Shown one piece after another: positions 50,734 to 64,000 of a DNA stretch of 64,000 bases. Location: positions 37,068,582-37,132,581 of the forward strand of contig NC_068986.1 of the NCBI RefSeq assembly GCF_001194135.2. Direction: 5' to 3'. Numbering within the stretch: the stretch's first letter is position 1; each line of letters starts with the position of its first letter. The translations under genes and the position numbers were made by a program. The stretch comes from Octopus bimaculoides (lineage: Eukaryota). The notes below the pieces were generated by a model that was given only the letters and a program-made list of their open reading frames with translations, had not been told where the DNA came from and made no database searches.

Positions 50734-53700
50734 AATCAATAAAGGAAATTCTTCATTGTTGCTGGCTCTTTTCGGAACAGAAGTCCATTCTCCTTCACAA
50801 TTCACACTACTGTCAAAGATCATTAAGAAATCCCTTAGAGTTACACATACACAACTGAGTCAAGTAGAATTATATCCAATTACTAACATGTGATCCATGA
50901 GCTAGCAATTAACTGAGAAGAAGAACCATATTAAAAACGGTAAAACTGATATAATTTATGACAAGGGACTAAACTCTGAACACTTCACGAGTTGGCTGAG
51001 AATTTGGTTGGATGTGTGTGTTCTTTACAGTAAAAGTACACCTGAAATCTGTTTAACTAATGAGCCATCTTATCAATAGGATAATCTAATAAGGGTGCCG
51101 AATCTAAGAAGAGTTGTGGGAAGAGTAAATTGTAAAGATGTTGGCAATTTGACAGACCATATGGAAGAGATTGAATTCCTCATTTGCATGCTCTGAAGAT
51201 CCTTCTTTTCATTCTTAGGTATGATAGCAATATATTTAGATATAATTGTGTGTGTGTGTGTTTTAGGCTTATAAATGTATGAGATTCTGTACAAGCACCT
51301 ATGTAAAAAATGAGTTTATATAATAATTGTATGTGAACAATAATGTATAATAGATGCACATGTTTATTTATAGATGAGCGTTGGCATGTATATACCTAAT
51401 AACATGAATGCTTGTGTGTGTATTTATAGAAGAATGTGAGTAATAGTGATTGTGTGTTTATATGAATGAATGTGTGAACGTATGCGTCTAAGTTATATTA
51501 AGACATCAGCACAAGGAGTCTGGTGAGCATAAAAATCATAGTATCAGAACATATTCACACACGTGTGTATGTTGTTACTCATATATTATATATTTAACTC
51601 ATAATGTGTATGTTGCTCAGAAATATTATATATTTAACTTACAGTTAAATATATAGATAAGGCTGTGTGATTAGAAAAGTTATCTTTGGTGATAGGACAG
51701 GCATTTAACAGATGCATAATGATGATGACGATGATGATGATGATCTTAACAATCATGTAGATCAGATTCAGTCCCACTACACAGCACTGTGGATATCTTC
51801 TACAGAAGCCCCAGACTGACCAGAGCCTTGTGAGTGGATTTGATGGGCATAAACTGTATGAAGTCTAGTTTGTGTATGTGTGCATGCATGCACATCTGTG
51901 TGCATGTGCATCTGTGTGTATGAATGCATATGTGCATGTGTATGTGCAGATGAGATCATATACTCTTGAAATTTCACCGCTTAGCTTGTCAACACCTCAG
52001 TAAAATGGTGGTATAACATTTACATTCCAGGGTAACATTTCAACTGGTTGCTTTGTACTTTAAAAGACCTTCAAAAAAATTACAGTAAGGGCTGACAACA
52101 GAAAAAGGCTCAAGCTGTAATATCCTCCCTCAAATAAGTCCCCAGCCAACCCATGCAATCATGGTAAAACAGACACTGAATGAATTGAAGGATTCAGTAC
52201 TACTGTATGAAACACAGGAATATTGAGAAGAATGAAGGGAAAACTACATTTTCCTTTCTCATGAACTATAAGACTTCAAGGAACAGTTATTTCAAAACTC
52301 TATCTTTTCATAAATCTAAGTATTCTTATAAAGATAAGATAAGTTTGCAAATTTAAGTTTCCCTATAAGAATTAAGAGGAGCATGAATATTATGACACTA
52401 ATCGCCATACAAATGACTTCTTTGTCATTTTATCTCAAAATTATAAAATGGAATAAGTTTCTATGTTTGTGATCACTGAACTAAAACAATGAAAGAAAAC
52501 TGTCTCTTAAATGTTAATATTTGAAGAATTTCAAATAAGATACATGAGAACTGTGAGAACAAATCTTGTTAAAAAAACTTTGCATTTATAATCCTAATAG
52601 AGGCATAGTTTTGTGGTTAAGAAGTTTGTTTAGCAACTGTTATGGTCTTGGGTTCAATCACACTATGTGGTGCTTTTACCAAATATTTTCTTTAGCTAGT
52701 ATTTGGCTGAGTAAAGTCTTGGAAGGGAAATTCGGTTGTGAGAATTAGAAACTATATGTAAGTCACTCATGTGGGCTGTTACCTATTTTGTAGACTGTAA
52801 CCATAATCCTATCACCTGCTATAAAAGCATTCAGGGACCAGTTACAAGAACTCAGGTCAGGTCTCAGGTTTGAAGATTACCTCCTTCTTTCTGCCCACCT
52901 TGGAAAGGGTTAATAAGTGTTGCCCTTTTTTTCTGATTAAACTAACAAAATAATGATGCTAGGAACTTTCAATAATTCCTTTCTAAAGCATAAGACTAGT
53001 TGGAAGATGGGCTGGAACTGAATAACAGGGTATTTTTGTGTTCACAATGGGAGAGAAAGCAACATTAACACCAGTAGAATCTGAACAGAAAAATTTAAAG
53101 CATCAAACACGATACTAGATTACTCTGAACAAGTAATGAACAAGCTTGTAAAAGTGTTTCAGGGCATTTACTGAACTTGGCCAATGTTGTAGTAGAAATC
53201 TTCGGGAATAAACACATTAGTATCTGTAAAATGGAAGCTATAGAGCTATACCTTAAATTGCAGAACAACAGAGCTGCTGCTGCTGCTGCTGGTAATGAAG
53301 GACAAAAAAAAAAGAGTAGAAGGCATAGGAGGGGGAATAGAAGGGATGGGGTGATCAGACACTGAAGTTCAATCAAAACTACCTTATTTAGCATCTTATA
53401 AGTGTCAGGCTGTCAAACTTATGGGGTGCTTGGGAGTATTCTACTTTGCCTGATTCATACTTCAGATTAGCTCAGTGAAAGTAACTAGGACTTCTCAGAA
53501 AATAAGAGCAAATTTGTAAGGACAAAAGTTGATTTTCTCCAATTTCTTTGATATTTTAATAGTGTGTGTGTGAGCATGCATGTGTGCATGTGTGTGTGTG
53601 AGGGCACACGTGTTGTGCTTTTGAGAAGAAAGGTATGTTCATGGACCAAAGAGTCTGTAGAAAGCAGATTCAGAAATGAATATGCTATTGCTTATGTGTC

Positions 53701-54224
53701 TCAATTTCCAGAATAGTCAAAATTTGGGAGGGATTTAGTACAATGTCTATAACTTTATATAATATAAGTTTACATCATTTAATTTGTGAGATTCTGATCA
53801 GGATGTTAATTTGAATATGAAAACTAGAACTAAGAGTCTGGCATAAGCTAATATTAAAAGGATTTTGTAATCTGTGCTGAGGAGTGAGAGAGAAAACAGT
53901 GGGAAAGGGCAAAGATAATACTATTAGAGAGAGAGAAGCTGAGAGTGATAGACAGACAGACAGATAAATAGAGAGGGAAAGAGAGAAAATACTAATTCGA
54001 GAGTGCATATGAGAGAGAGAAGAGAGAAATGCTAGTATTAGAAAAGTATTAGACAGACAGATAGAGAGAAAGAGAGAGAAATGTTACTATTAGATAGAGT
54101 GAGAGAAAGAGAGAGTTCTCTGTTTCAGTGAGCATGTGAGAGAGAAAGGAGGAGTGAGAGAAAATGAGAGAAAGGCAGAGATATTACTATTAGATAGATA
54201 TAGAGAGAATATCATTAAAGTGTG

Positions 54225-54268
<44 letters not shown>

Positions 54269-54580
54269 NNNNNNNNNNNNNNNNNNNNNNNNNNNNNNNN
54301 NNNNNNNNNNNNNNNNNNNNNNNNNNNNNNNNNNNNNNNNNNNNNNNNNNNNNNNNNNNNNNNNNNNNNNNNNNNNNNNNNNNNNNNNNNNNNNNNNNNN
54401 NNNNNNNNNNNNNNNNNNNNNNNNNNNNNNNNNNNNNNNNNNNNNNNNNNNNNNNNNNNNNNNNNNNNNNNNNNNNNNNNNNNNNNNNNNNNNNNNNNNN
54501 NNNNNNNNNNNNNNNNNNNNNNNNNNNNNNNNNNNNNNNNNNNNNNNNNNNNNNNNNNNNNNNNNNNNNNNNNNNNNNNN

Positions 54581-54634
<54 letters not shown>

Positions 54635-56024
54635 GGGATTAAGTTAAGGACACTTGGAGAGCAATTATGTGTACAACACATCACTTTCATGAAGAATAGA
54701 AAAGAACATAATAAAAGAACTGAAAAGGGAAAAAGTAAAACAAGAAATGAAAAGGGGGAGGGGGGAAGAAACAGAAGTTTTCAGAAACAAAGAAAGAATA
54801 AATTATGAGAGGAAACAATTTAAATTTCTCAAGAAAATGTGAAAATGTCTTACAATATTTAATTTTTTGCATAAAAATGCCAAAGTATTTTCAAGTTGTC
54901 GTTTACCATTTTAAAATTTATTTTTCTTCACATTGTACTTTCATTTTATCATGTGGATTTGGATAGCTTTGCATATTTGCATATATTCTTTAAAATAATA
55001 ACTTCATAGCTTCATTATCTTTCACACTAACCACAAGAATTATACCGTGCTTTTCTTTCTCCACCATTCACCCATTATTTCTTATTACTTTAACACCTCT
55101 GCACAGCAAGTGAAGTAGTTTAATGCACTTTGGGTATGAATACAATGCAATTATTTTGGCAGGCTTTCAGCTTATGTCTTTTGAATCTTTTAGTCCAATA
55201 TCTTAACAATTCATCCACCATTTCCAAATGCAACAAATTTTATGTATTTTTGTACCTAATCTGTTTACCTGATTATGGCACCATGCTGTGAACAAAATTC
55301 TATAAAGCACACTTGGTATTTGTTCTTATGGTGAATCATGTTAATCTTAAATGGTCAGAGAAATAATGAAAATACAGTTAAATTTAAATATGATGAGAAA
55401 TACATCCATTAAAAAGTATGGTGCTGAAAGTGTAATGATGCTTGCAACAATTATGTTAGCAATTGCCACATTAACAATAAAATTATGCAAATAATAAATT
55501 TTTCAGTTGTTAATCATATGAAATCTGTGCTTAACTTCTTTTAGCATTTCCTGAGCTGAGGGATAAGGATAGCAAGGGGTGGTTCTGGCAGTTGATATTT
55601 AATTTGAATTAGTAAGGTAATAAGATGAAGCTAATAATAAACAATGATCATGTTCCAGAGTTACGCAGTTTTGAAGAACATGGACTCAGAATTCAAGACA
55701 TCAAAAAAAAAAAGACAAATGAAGGAGAGAGGGGAATGCACCTTGTTAACCAGCACTGAGTTAGCAATAACTGAGCAGATTAAAATCCAAGGCATACCAG
55801 CCATGACCATCCCAAAATTTTCAAGCATTGCACATCTCAGATCACATTGTCCAATATGTCCTTCTGCTTTGAACATGCTAGCTTCTGTAATTAGAAAGAG
55901 ATATGGTTTCTATTTCTAGTAACTACTTAGAAGTTCTTTCCCAATGATTTTTAGTAGGGGTTTAGGAGAACAGAGTTATTATAGTAGTGGTGGAAAAAAT
56001 GGAAAGAAAGCACCATTTGATACT

Positions 56025-56350
56025 TGGGTAAAGTACCAAGCACCCATGCCAGTGCAATGTAAAGAGCCCCGTGCTGGTACCACATAAAAAAAGGCACATG
56101 CTGGTGCCACATAAAAAATCCTCCATGCAGTTGCCATGTAAACAGTACCCGGGCTAGTGCCACATAAGAAGCATCCATGCCAGCACCACGTAAAATGTAC
56201 TCAGTTCCCTCAGAGTTCACTCAGACTGGAAAGTGGTTGGCATTAGAAAAGGCATTCAGCTGTAGAAACAATGCCAAAACAGAGAACTGGAGCCTGATGC
56301 AGCCCTCCTGTGAGAAATGAATGCTAAATGAATGCTAAATGATGATGATG
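56025..56350 (+). mobile_element. Older RTE-type 3' UTR with about 25-30-bp internal tandem repeats
   Basis: Repeats of GTGCTGGTGCCACATAAAAA-like units, then GTGGTTGGCATTAGAAAAGGCATTCAGCTGTAGAAAC as in 21300-21345. Confidence 0.65.
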
Positions 56351-56734
56351 ACAATGATGATTAAATTTGCTTATTAGACAAATAGATCTGCAAAGATAAA
56401 TTCCAATGAAGAATGGATACTTTACAGAAAACAAAAAAAAATGGACTTTATCAACAATAAAAAAAATTCAGGTTAAAAACCCTGTTAGAGACTATTATAT
56501 TTGGGAATAATAAAATTGAAACATTTATGGTAAGAAAAATCAGATTGACAACATATTATTAATTATTCATGTAATTAAAATGAGAAAATTACAACAAATG
56601 TTGATTATTTTTCAAGTACTTTGGAAGTCATCATCATTCTGTAAAGAATTAAGGAAATAATGACATTGAAAAATAATTACTTTCCTCTTGGTGATGACTG
56701 AGTTATAGTCACACATACACGTACAAATGAACAT

Positions 56735-56771
<37 letters not shown>

Positions 56772-57574
56772 ATGATAACAGTCATGAAAAAATACATTTG
56801 AATACTCAGAATACAAATGTACTTGTTCCTGTGTGTGTTCTGGTCATACTTTCAGCGAGTGCCATTCTATAAAATGTTATGCCACTTGAGACAAGATTGA
56901 ATAATAGTTGCTTGGAATAGCAGTAATTTTACCCTAATCATCTTTCTTTAAAGCAGAGAGAAGATAAAATATGAAAAAATGTGAATGAAGTGGTTGTCAT
57001 TAACATCTGGTAACACTAACAGGAAGGCAGCTGAGATATTAATTAGAGCAGATGAGGAAAAAAAAAGGAGAGCAATTGTTTCTTGTCAACATAATTAGAC
57101 TCATAATAACCAACTTGGCAGTAACAGTTTCGTCCAAAAGTTCAACAGTATTTCCTTACATCACTATAATCACAAAATCTCAAGCTATATGCTCATCATT
57201 TGCTATGGGATGTAAAAACTTAACCTTCAGATGCCAACCCTTCAAATTCTGAAAACACTTAAGTACTGCAGTTTTGCTATTAAGAGTTCTACTTCAATGT
57301 AGAACTGTCAAGGGCATGAAATATTTTGATCTAAACCATCTGTAGGTATCTTAAGAATTTTCACCTTCTCGTCTTCCTACCATAGTTACCCATTTCCACC
57401 TGCTATTGTCTATTTCCTCGTTCACTGGTCTCTAGTTTCAGTTGGAAAAATGTGTGTCTGTGAGAGAGGGAGAAAAATTGTATGATGTTGATTAGATTCA
57501 TTAACCCTGAGTGAATAGATCTATGATCAGCAGTATTTCAGTTGTGACTACTCTATGTTCTTTCCTATAGACAC

Positions 57575-57810
57575 AGTCAATGCAATTAGTACTGCATTAT
57601 CCAATGACAATCCAATTCACTCATTATGCAAAGATTGCAACAGAAGAAGGAAAATGAAAAGTGGGACAAGCCCCAAAACACCTGGCACTGTATTTTCTAA
57701 GAAAATACGCAAGGACTTGCTGAACAGGAGCAGAAAGAACAAGCAGATGACCAACCACACTGGAAGAAGCTTGCTGCTAACAATGGACCTCGCAACACAA
57801 GAAGAATTAA
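57575..57810 (+). mobile_element. Degraded RTE-type LINE ORF C-terminus
   Basis: A frame offset from the supplied 91-aa ORF reads YCIIQ*QSNSLIMQRL...KWDKPQNTWH...GLAEQEQKEQADDQPHWKKLAAN. This resembles the RTE C-terminus pattern (GHIIRR...GRPRxTW...AQDRxxWRxxAA). Confidence 0.55.
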
Positions 57811-58550
57811 GTCTATGTACAGTCACATGAATTTCTACACATAAGACACACACCTGTATTTCTATACACAAGATATCCACATGTAGATATTTCTATATAC
57901 ACAGCTATAATTATATATACTTGCAGAGTTTAAAACATAAGAATCAGCCATTTTCATTTTTGAATCACAATCTTCAAACAGATTCATAGCATCACAAACA
58001 AGTACTAACTTATGTGTCATCTGAAAGATGAGAATAATTTTGCTGACACACAAATTATAAGGGCCATTTGCACACGTGTGTGTGTGCATGTGTGCCTGCG
58101 TGCATGCAAGTGTGTAGGGATGTTCAGATTATTCAGCCACTTATAAAATTTTGTCACATCTGCCTTATCAACAACAGGCAGTGAGTTCTTCAAGGAGTCA
58201 GCTGGTGTAGCAAAGGACTTCCTGTGTCTATTACACAGGAGAAAGTAATAGCATTCTCTGAACTGGCAGATCAATAACTCTTGATCTAGCATTCTAATAC
58301 ATGTTTATTCAGTTTACATATGCAAGTTTATTTATTTGTAATAGTCTGCATCTGTCTTTTTTCTGCATACATGCAAACTATGTACATATCTGCCCAACTG
58401 TAAATGTGTGTGTCTGTCTTTGTTTACATGAGTAAGCTATTGTTTTATGTCTGCTCTTCAATGTTGGCATGGGTGGAACTTCACCAACTTTCTCTCCATC
58501 TCTCTCAGATATATGTGTATATGTATACATGTATGAGTATGTATATATAC

Positions 58551-58590
<40 letters not shown>

Positions 58591-58934
58591 TTATATTTAT
58601 ATGTGTGTAATCAGTGTGTGTGTAGGTGATTGGGTTGTATGTGTGTGTCCATATGTATGTATTAGAATATCTGCATATCTGTGTCTCTTAGAAATATATA
58701 AGTGTGTGTATGTGCATTGTATATGCTGTGTGCATGTGTGTGCATGATTAATGATATATTTGTATAAAGACCAAGTGTACACATTAGCCTGTGTCAAGAT
58801 TAAACATCATCTTTATGGTGTCATGATCAATGCAATCTGGATGCAGAACAAACAAGAAAGGAATGTCTTTGAGGGAGAATTGTTTGTTTATTGTAGAAGG
58901 TTCCATCTTTGGCATCAACTTAGTAAAAATGTAA

Positions 58935-59001
<67 letters not shown>

Positions 59002-60720
59002 NNNNNNNNNNTGTGTGTGTTTAACTTTATTGTGTAGTTTTCCATCTTTGATGTAAGCACTTGCTACACGGTGATATTATGGATGCTATATACATACATA
59101 TATATAAATATATATATATATATATAGATATATATATATATATATAATATATATATACACACACACATACACATACACACAAACACACACATATGTATGT
59201 ATATATATCATGGTAATAATGTCTTCAGCACATGTATGTATAGATGCATGTATGTGCGTGTATTTTGCTATGTTTTGCTATGTGTGTGTTTCTGTGTGTA
59301 TGAGTATGTATATTTATATATATGCGTGTGTGTGAGTATGTGTCTAGTGAAACTGTCTACCTTTGATGTTAGTATTCTAAGCTCGGTGCACATATGTTAT
59401 GGGGATGGCATAATAGCAAAGGCAACATTAGTGTGTGTATATATACGTGCATATATATAAGCATGTGTGTCTGTATGCACATTTGTATGTCTATGAGTGT
59501 GATACTACGAGTATATGCTTATTTGAGCCTTTCAACACATATCTTCAAACATGCAAAAAGACTGTGCACGTATGTAAATATATATGTATCTATGTGTTTA
59601 TGCAAGTGTCAGTAGGTAAGTTGCTGTATATTTGTATAGGTGACTATGATAGGTCTATGAATATAATATTGTGTAATATTGATAATGTAAATACAGCCTA
59701 AACCTTAAGGATTTTTAAGGGCCAATGCCTAAGATTCAGTTTTCTGATATAAAGTGGATAGAAAACACAGTTTTCCTCTGGATTGAACATCAGTGTGTCC
59801 CAGGCAACTGAGAACCTATTTTTTAACAGTTACTGAAAGTGAGAATAAACTGTAAAATAAAGTATTCTGGTTAGAACACCTGCTATAGATATGAATTTAA
59901 CTTCTATGACCAATTAGTTCAATAATTTAGACTTTTTTAATACTAAATTGCCCCAAGACTACCAACACTTCTATGTAACAAAACATCTCATTTTGAATTG
60001 TTAAAATCAAAATTAAAACCTCCATTCGTAATTATAAAAAAAAAGTTTATATTCCAAACCTTAACTATTTCTAACCTAAGCACAAGGGATCAAATCTGAT
60101 GGAGTCAATGGAATTGAGTCAATTATAGCAATTCTCTGTACTTAGCTGGTACTTTATGTTATCAACTCTAAAAAAGATAAAGAGCAAAGTTAACCTTAGT
60201 GGGATTTGAACTTAGAATGGACTTGGAACAAATTATGCAAGATATACTTTTGTCTACCGTTCTAATGACTCTGCTAAATATTGCTAAACATTAACTTAAT
60301 GAATTGCTTTACTAATACCTCCAAATTCTTTATTATTTTCAAAATTAGTTAAAAGCATACAGAAAATGGTTAATCCTTTCAACCATCATGTATATTATGC
60401 ATTCTTACATCTACTGAGAGTGAGAAGAGAAGATTGCATTGGGTTATAATGGGAAGTTACAATAATAGGATGAGGGTATCAGCTTGCAATTGGAATGTTA
60501 TTAAGGGCAGTATTAATAGATTGTGTGTGTATGAAGGTTAGTGCATATTACACTTACACACACATTTATATATATGTATGTATATTTATTTATATCAGTA
60601 TAAATAGGTTATTGTATGTATCAAGGTCGGTGCCCATTACTCCTGCACAAACACTTATATATCAATGTAAAAAATAGGTTGTGTATATATGAAGGTTAGT
60701 GCATATTACTCCTCCACACA

Positions 60721-60753
<33 letters not shown>

Positions 60754-61377
60754 GACATTAAAAGTTTAAAAATGCAATACCTGTAGTGAAACATGAATAT
60801 GCAACTATGCAGAAAGTATCCAACAGCTTGTGCAATTCTTCGGTACTGAACTACTTATGGCTCAATGATCAAGAATTACACTTCACAACCATAAGACCTT
60901 AGGTTCAATACCACTGCATAGCAGCTTGGGTAAATGTCATTTTCTGTAACTTGAGTCAATCTGAGTGGAAGTGGGTAAATGGAAGCTGAATAGGAACCCA
61001 TCAGATGGATTGCCCTCATAGTTCAAAGGGTACAGACTTGTCACATGCTGTGTCATACAGATTCTGCTTCAGAATTAAATTAAGAGTACATGTGTCTTTG
61101 AAATGGTCAGGCATTTATATGGTAAATCAATTAACTAGATCCTCATCATTGAAACCTACACAGGTTGCACAGATTGTGCAGAGTTTTGTTGAGACAGATT
61201 TTCTGCAGCCAGGCACCCTTCTAGTTGTCAACTCTTACTGTTTCCAAGCAAGGTAATATTTCTCAAAAGGCCAGGCATGTTTTTGTAGAATACTAGAAAT
61301 GGAATGACACTGCTGGATTGACAATAACATACAGTGACATTCATTTACAACTATCACGCAATATCAAGACAAGGAAA

Positions 61378-61512
61378 CATACACACATACATAATATAAT
61401 ACACACACACATAATATAATACACACACACACATAATATAATACGCACACACATAATATAATACACACACACATAATATAATACACACACACATAATATA
61501 ATACACACACAC
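61378..61512. repeat. Minisatellite, about 18-20-bp unit ACACACACATAATATAAT (about 7 copies)
   Basis: Directly visible tandem units with variable CA length. Confidence 0.9.
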
Positions 61513-62289
61513 ACATGCAATCAACCACACATACACCCAAACCCATACCTTCTTCAGTTACATAGCTTTAGAAAAATTTCACCAAAACATTGAAGAAACC
61601 TTATTAGCTATATTACATTTAAGAGTAGTTAAGTAAAGATCATTTTTATTTGTGCGGTCTAATTTTTGACATGCTTAACAAATGATCCAGAATTTGAATG
61701 ATTCATCATAACATTCCTACTTAAGCCTACTCAATCAATATAATTATCAGTTAAAAATTTTGTTTGCATTTCCTTTATTGTTTAAACAAAAGACTGTCAA
61801 TATTGATAAGGTTAGTTTGAAAGGTCTAAAAATTCATACATTTGCAAAAAGAAATGATGTAATAGCTGCATGGTCTTTTTAGTGTTAAAAGACAACTTCT
61901 GTACCAATGTAGAATATACTCGGCACAAGAGTTGAAAACAAGTGGGCTGTGGTCAGCAGAGGTGATCACTGTGGGCTTCAGACCTTTCTTATTTGCAAGC
62001 CATTAGAGCAGGGGATGACTTTTGCTTGAATAAGCATTGTCAGGGATGGAAAAGCGGAAATGTACTAGGATATTTTTTGTAAGTTATGGTAAAATATGTG
62101 TGGGACATGAGGCAAGAATGAAAAAAAAAGTCAAAAGTGAACCATTACTGATCCCTACTTTAACCATTTTGAGACCAATCTGCTTGATACCACCTCTGGT
62201 TCAAGGATACTGAAGCTTCAAATTTTAAATTGGTTTAAATGAAAATTTCCATCAAGATTTTATGTTAATTTATGTTCTAAACACCAGTT

Positions 62290-62437
62290 ACATCGATCCT
62301 AATACTTGAGTTTTGTGTATTTTATTGGCCCCCAAAAGAATGAAAAGCAAAGTGAAATTTAAACTCAGAACGTTAAGGGAGACAAAATGCAGCTAAGTAT
62401 TTTCCCCATCATGTTAAGAGTTCTGCCAGCTCACCAC
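62290..62437 (-). mobile_element. tRNA-headed SINE, family C (degraded); similar copies at about 38500-38620, 47315-47580 and 60140-60270
   Basis: GGTGGTGAGCTGGCAGAACTCTTAACATG...GTTCTGAGTTTAAATTTC on the minus strand. Confidence 0.65.
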
Positions 62438-62455
62438 CACCACTAATAGTAGTAC

Positions 62456-62502
<47 letters not shown>

Positions 62503-62654
62503 ATTTCTTCAATTTTTACTTTCAAATTTTTCATGAAACTGTAAATGCAAGTGTACATGTATGAATCATCATCAATTTAAATCTACTTTCCAAGCTTGTA
62601 TGGCATTCAAGATTAATATATATATATATATGTGTGTGTATATATATATATATA

Positions 62655-62686
<32 letters not shown>

Positions 62687-63958
62687 CACACAACACATAC
62701 ACAAAGTAAATACAATCCCTAAAGCAGAATATTGTTCACTGGGGTGGAGGTGAGGTTGTTTAAACAATGACATCATCAGGTGAAGGTTAGGCTACACTAG
62801 ATTTTTATCAGTATACTAGACTTTGGTACAACATACCTGTAGAAAGGCACGTATACACTATGAATAGAGGACATATGACCAGGTTCTGCAACTATTTATC
62901 AAAATTTTTTTTTTTTGGTTGGTGGGAAGACATTTAATCTCAAAATATATTTATTTATTTATTCATTCTTTAAACATTTAATGTCCATTTTTCCATGCTT
63001 GCATAGGTCAGATGGAATTTGTTGCAGTAGGTTTTTTTTTTTTTTTTTACAGCTGGAGGCTCTTTCTGTCACCAACTATCACCTGTTTTTGAGCAAGGTA
63101 ATATTCCTCCATGGCTAGATATGTTTGTCACAGAAGACTGGAAATAAAATACATTGCCTTCATAACAGTGGTGAATTCCCACGAACATCATATGATGTCA
63201 AAGCAAGAATGCACACAAACATACATACATATGTATGTATGTATGTATGTATGTATGCATGTATGCATGTGTGTATGTATGCATATATGTATGTATGCAT
63301 ATATATACATAATATATATATATATATANNNNNNNNNNNNNNNNNNNNNNNNNNNNNNNNNNNNNNNNNNNNNNNNNNNNNNNNNNNNNNNNNNNNNNNN
63401 NNNNNNNNNNNNNNNNNNNNNNNNNNNNNNNNNNNNNNNNNNNNNNNNNNNNNNNNNNNNNNNNNNNNNNNNNNNNNNNNNNNNNNNNNNNNNNNNNNNN
63501 NNNNNNNNNNNNNNNNNNNNNNNNNNNNNNNNNNNNNNNNNNNNNNNNNNNNNNNNNNNNNNNNNNNNNNNNNNNNNNNNNNNNNNNNNNNNNNNNNNNN
63601 NNNNNNNNNNNNNNNNNNNNNNNNNNNNNNNNNNNNNNNNNNNNNNNNNCAGAGACAGTGTGAGGTGGTTAAATAGAGGTAAATATTTTTAACTTAAAAA
63701 TAAAGAATTATTATGGAAAAGGAGGAGATAAGGAATATAGAGGGAATTAAGAGAATGAAAGTATAAATAAAATATCTAAAAATATTGTAATTTCAGTTCC
63801 ATTATTCAAGGAAAGTGGTGTATAGAAGTGATAAAAAAGTTTCCTGTACATGGTATGTAAGATCCAATAGTAGCTCATGTTTAGTCATTTCAAAGTATGG
63901 AGCCGTGGGTTCTGTGTTGCAAATTTACAACAGTCTAATCTGCTGTGTGTATATGAAC

Positions 63959-63990
<32 letters not shown>

Positions 63991-64000
63991 TGATGATGAT

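Noticed and set aside
57555-57830. 91-aa complex ORF after a plausible acceptor (TTCTTTCCTATAG), superficially like a receptor C-terminal exon
   Set aside because: An alternative frame matches the RTE LINE C-terminal pattern, which explains the sequence complexity without a host gene.

Overview
AT-rich, microsatellite-saturated animal genomic DNA with 13 assembly gaps. The repeat landscape (tRNA-headed SINEs ending in (ATT)n or (GAT)n, RTE LINE 3' ends, abundant (AT)n/(CA)n/(GA)n) looks like a coleoid cephalopod, probably Octopus; this is inference from pattern recognition, not a search. I recognise no host protein-coding gene, and almost every ORF in the supplied track is a microsatellite or low-complexity artefact, so the window is probably intergenic or within a long intron. 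Supportable content is transposon debris: a 5'-truncated Tc1-type element with DD36E spacing (21.8-22.6 kb), a full-length dead DD34D mariner with both TIRs (29.95-31.21 kb), a maT-like fragment, a YADD non-LTR RT fragment, RTE remnants, hAT- and piggyBac-like MITEs and at least three SINE families. The most interesting hidden signals are a minimal type I hammerhead-ribozyme motif with a variant core and palindromic stem III (20271-20307), a decayed 5S rRNA copy next to a SINE, a long pre-miRNA/MITE-like hairpin (50640-50733) and a 45-bp near-perfect palindrome. Repeat boundaries are approximate (about 10-20 bp) unless termini are quoted.
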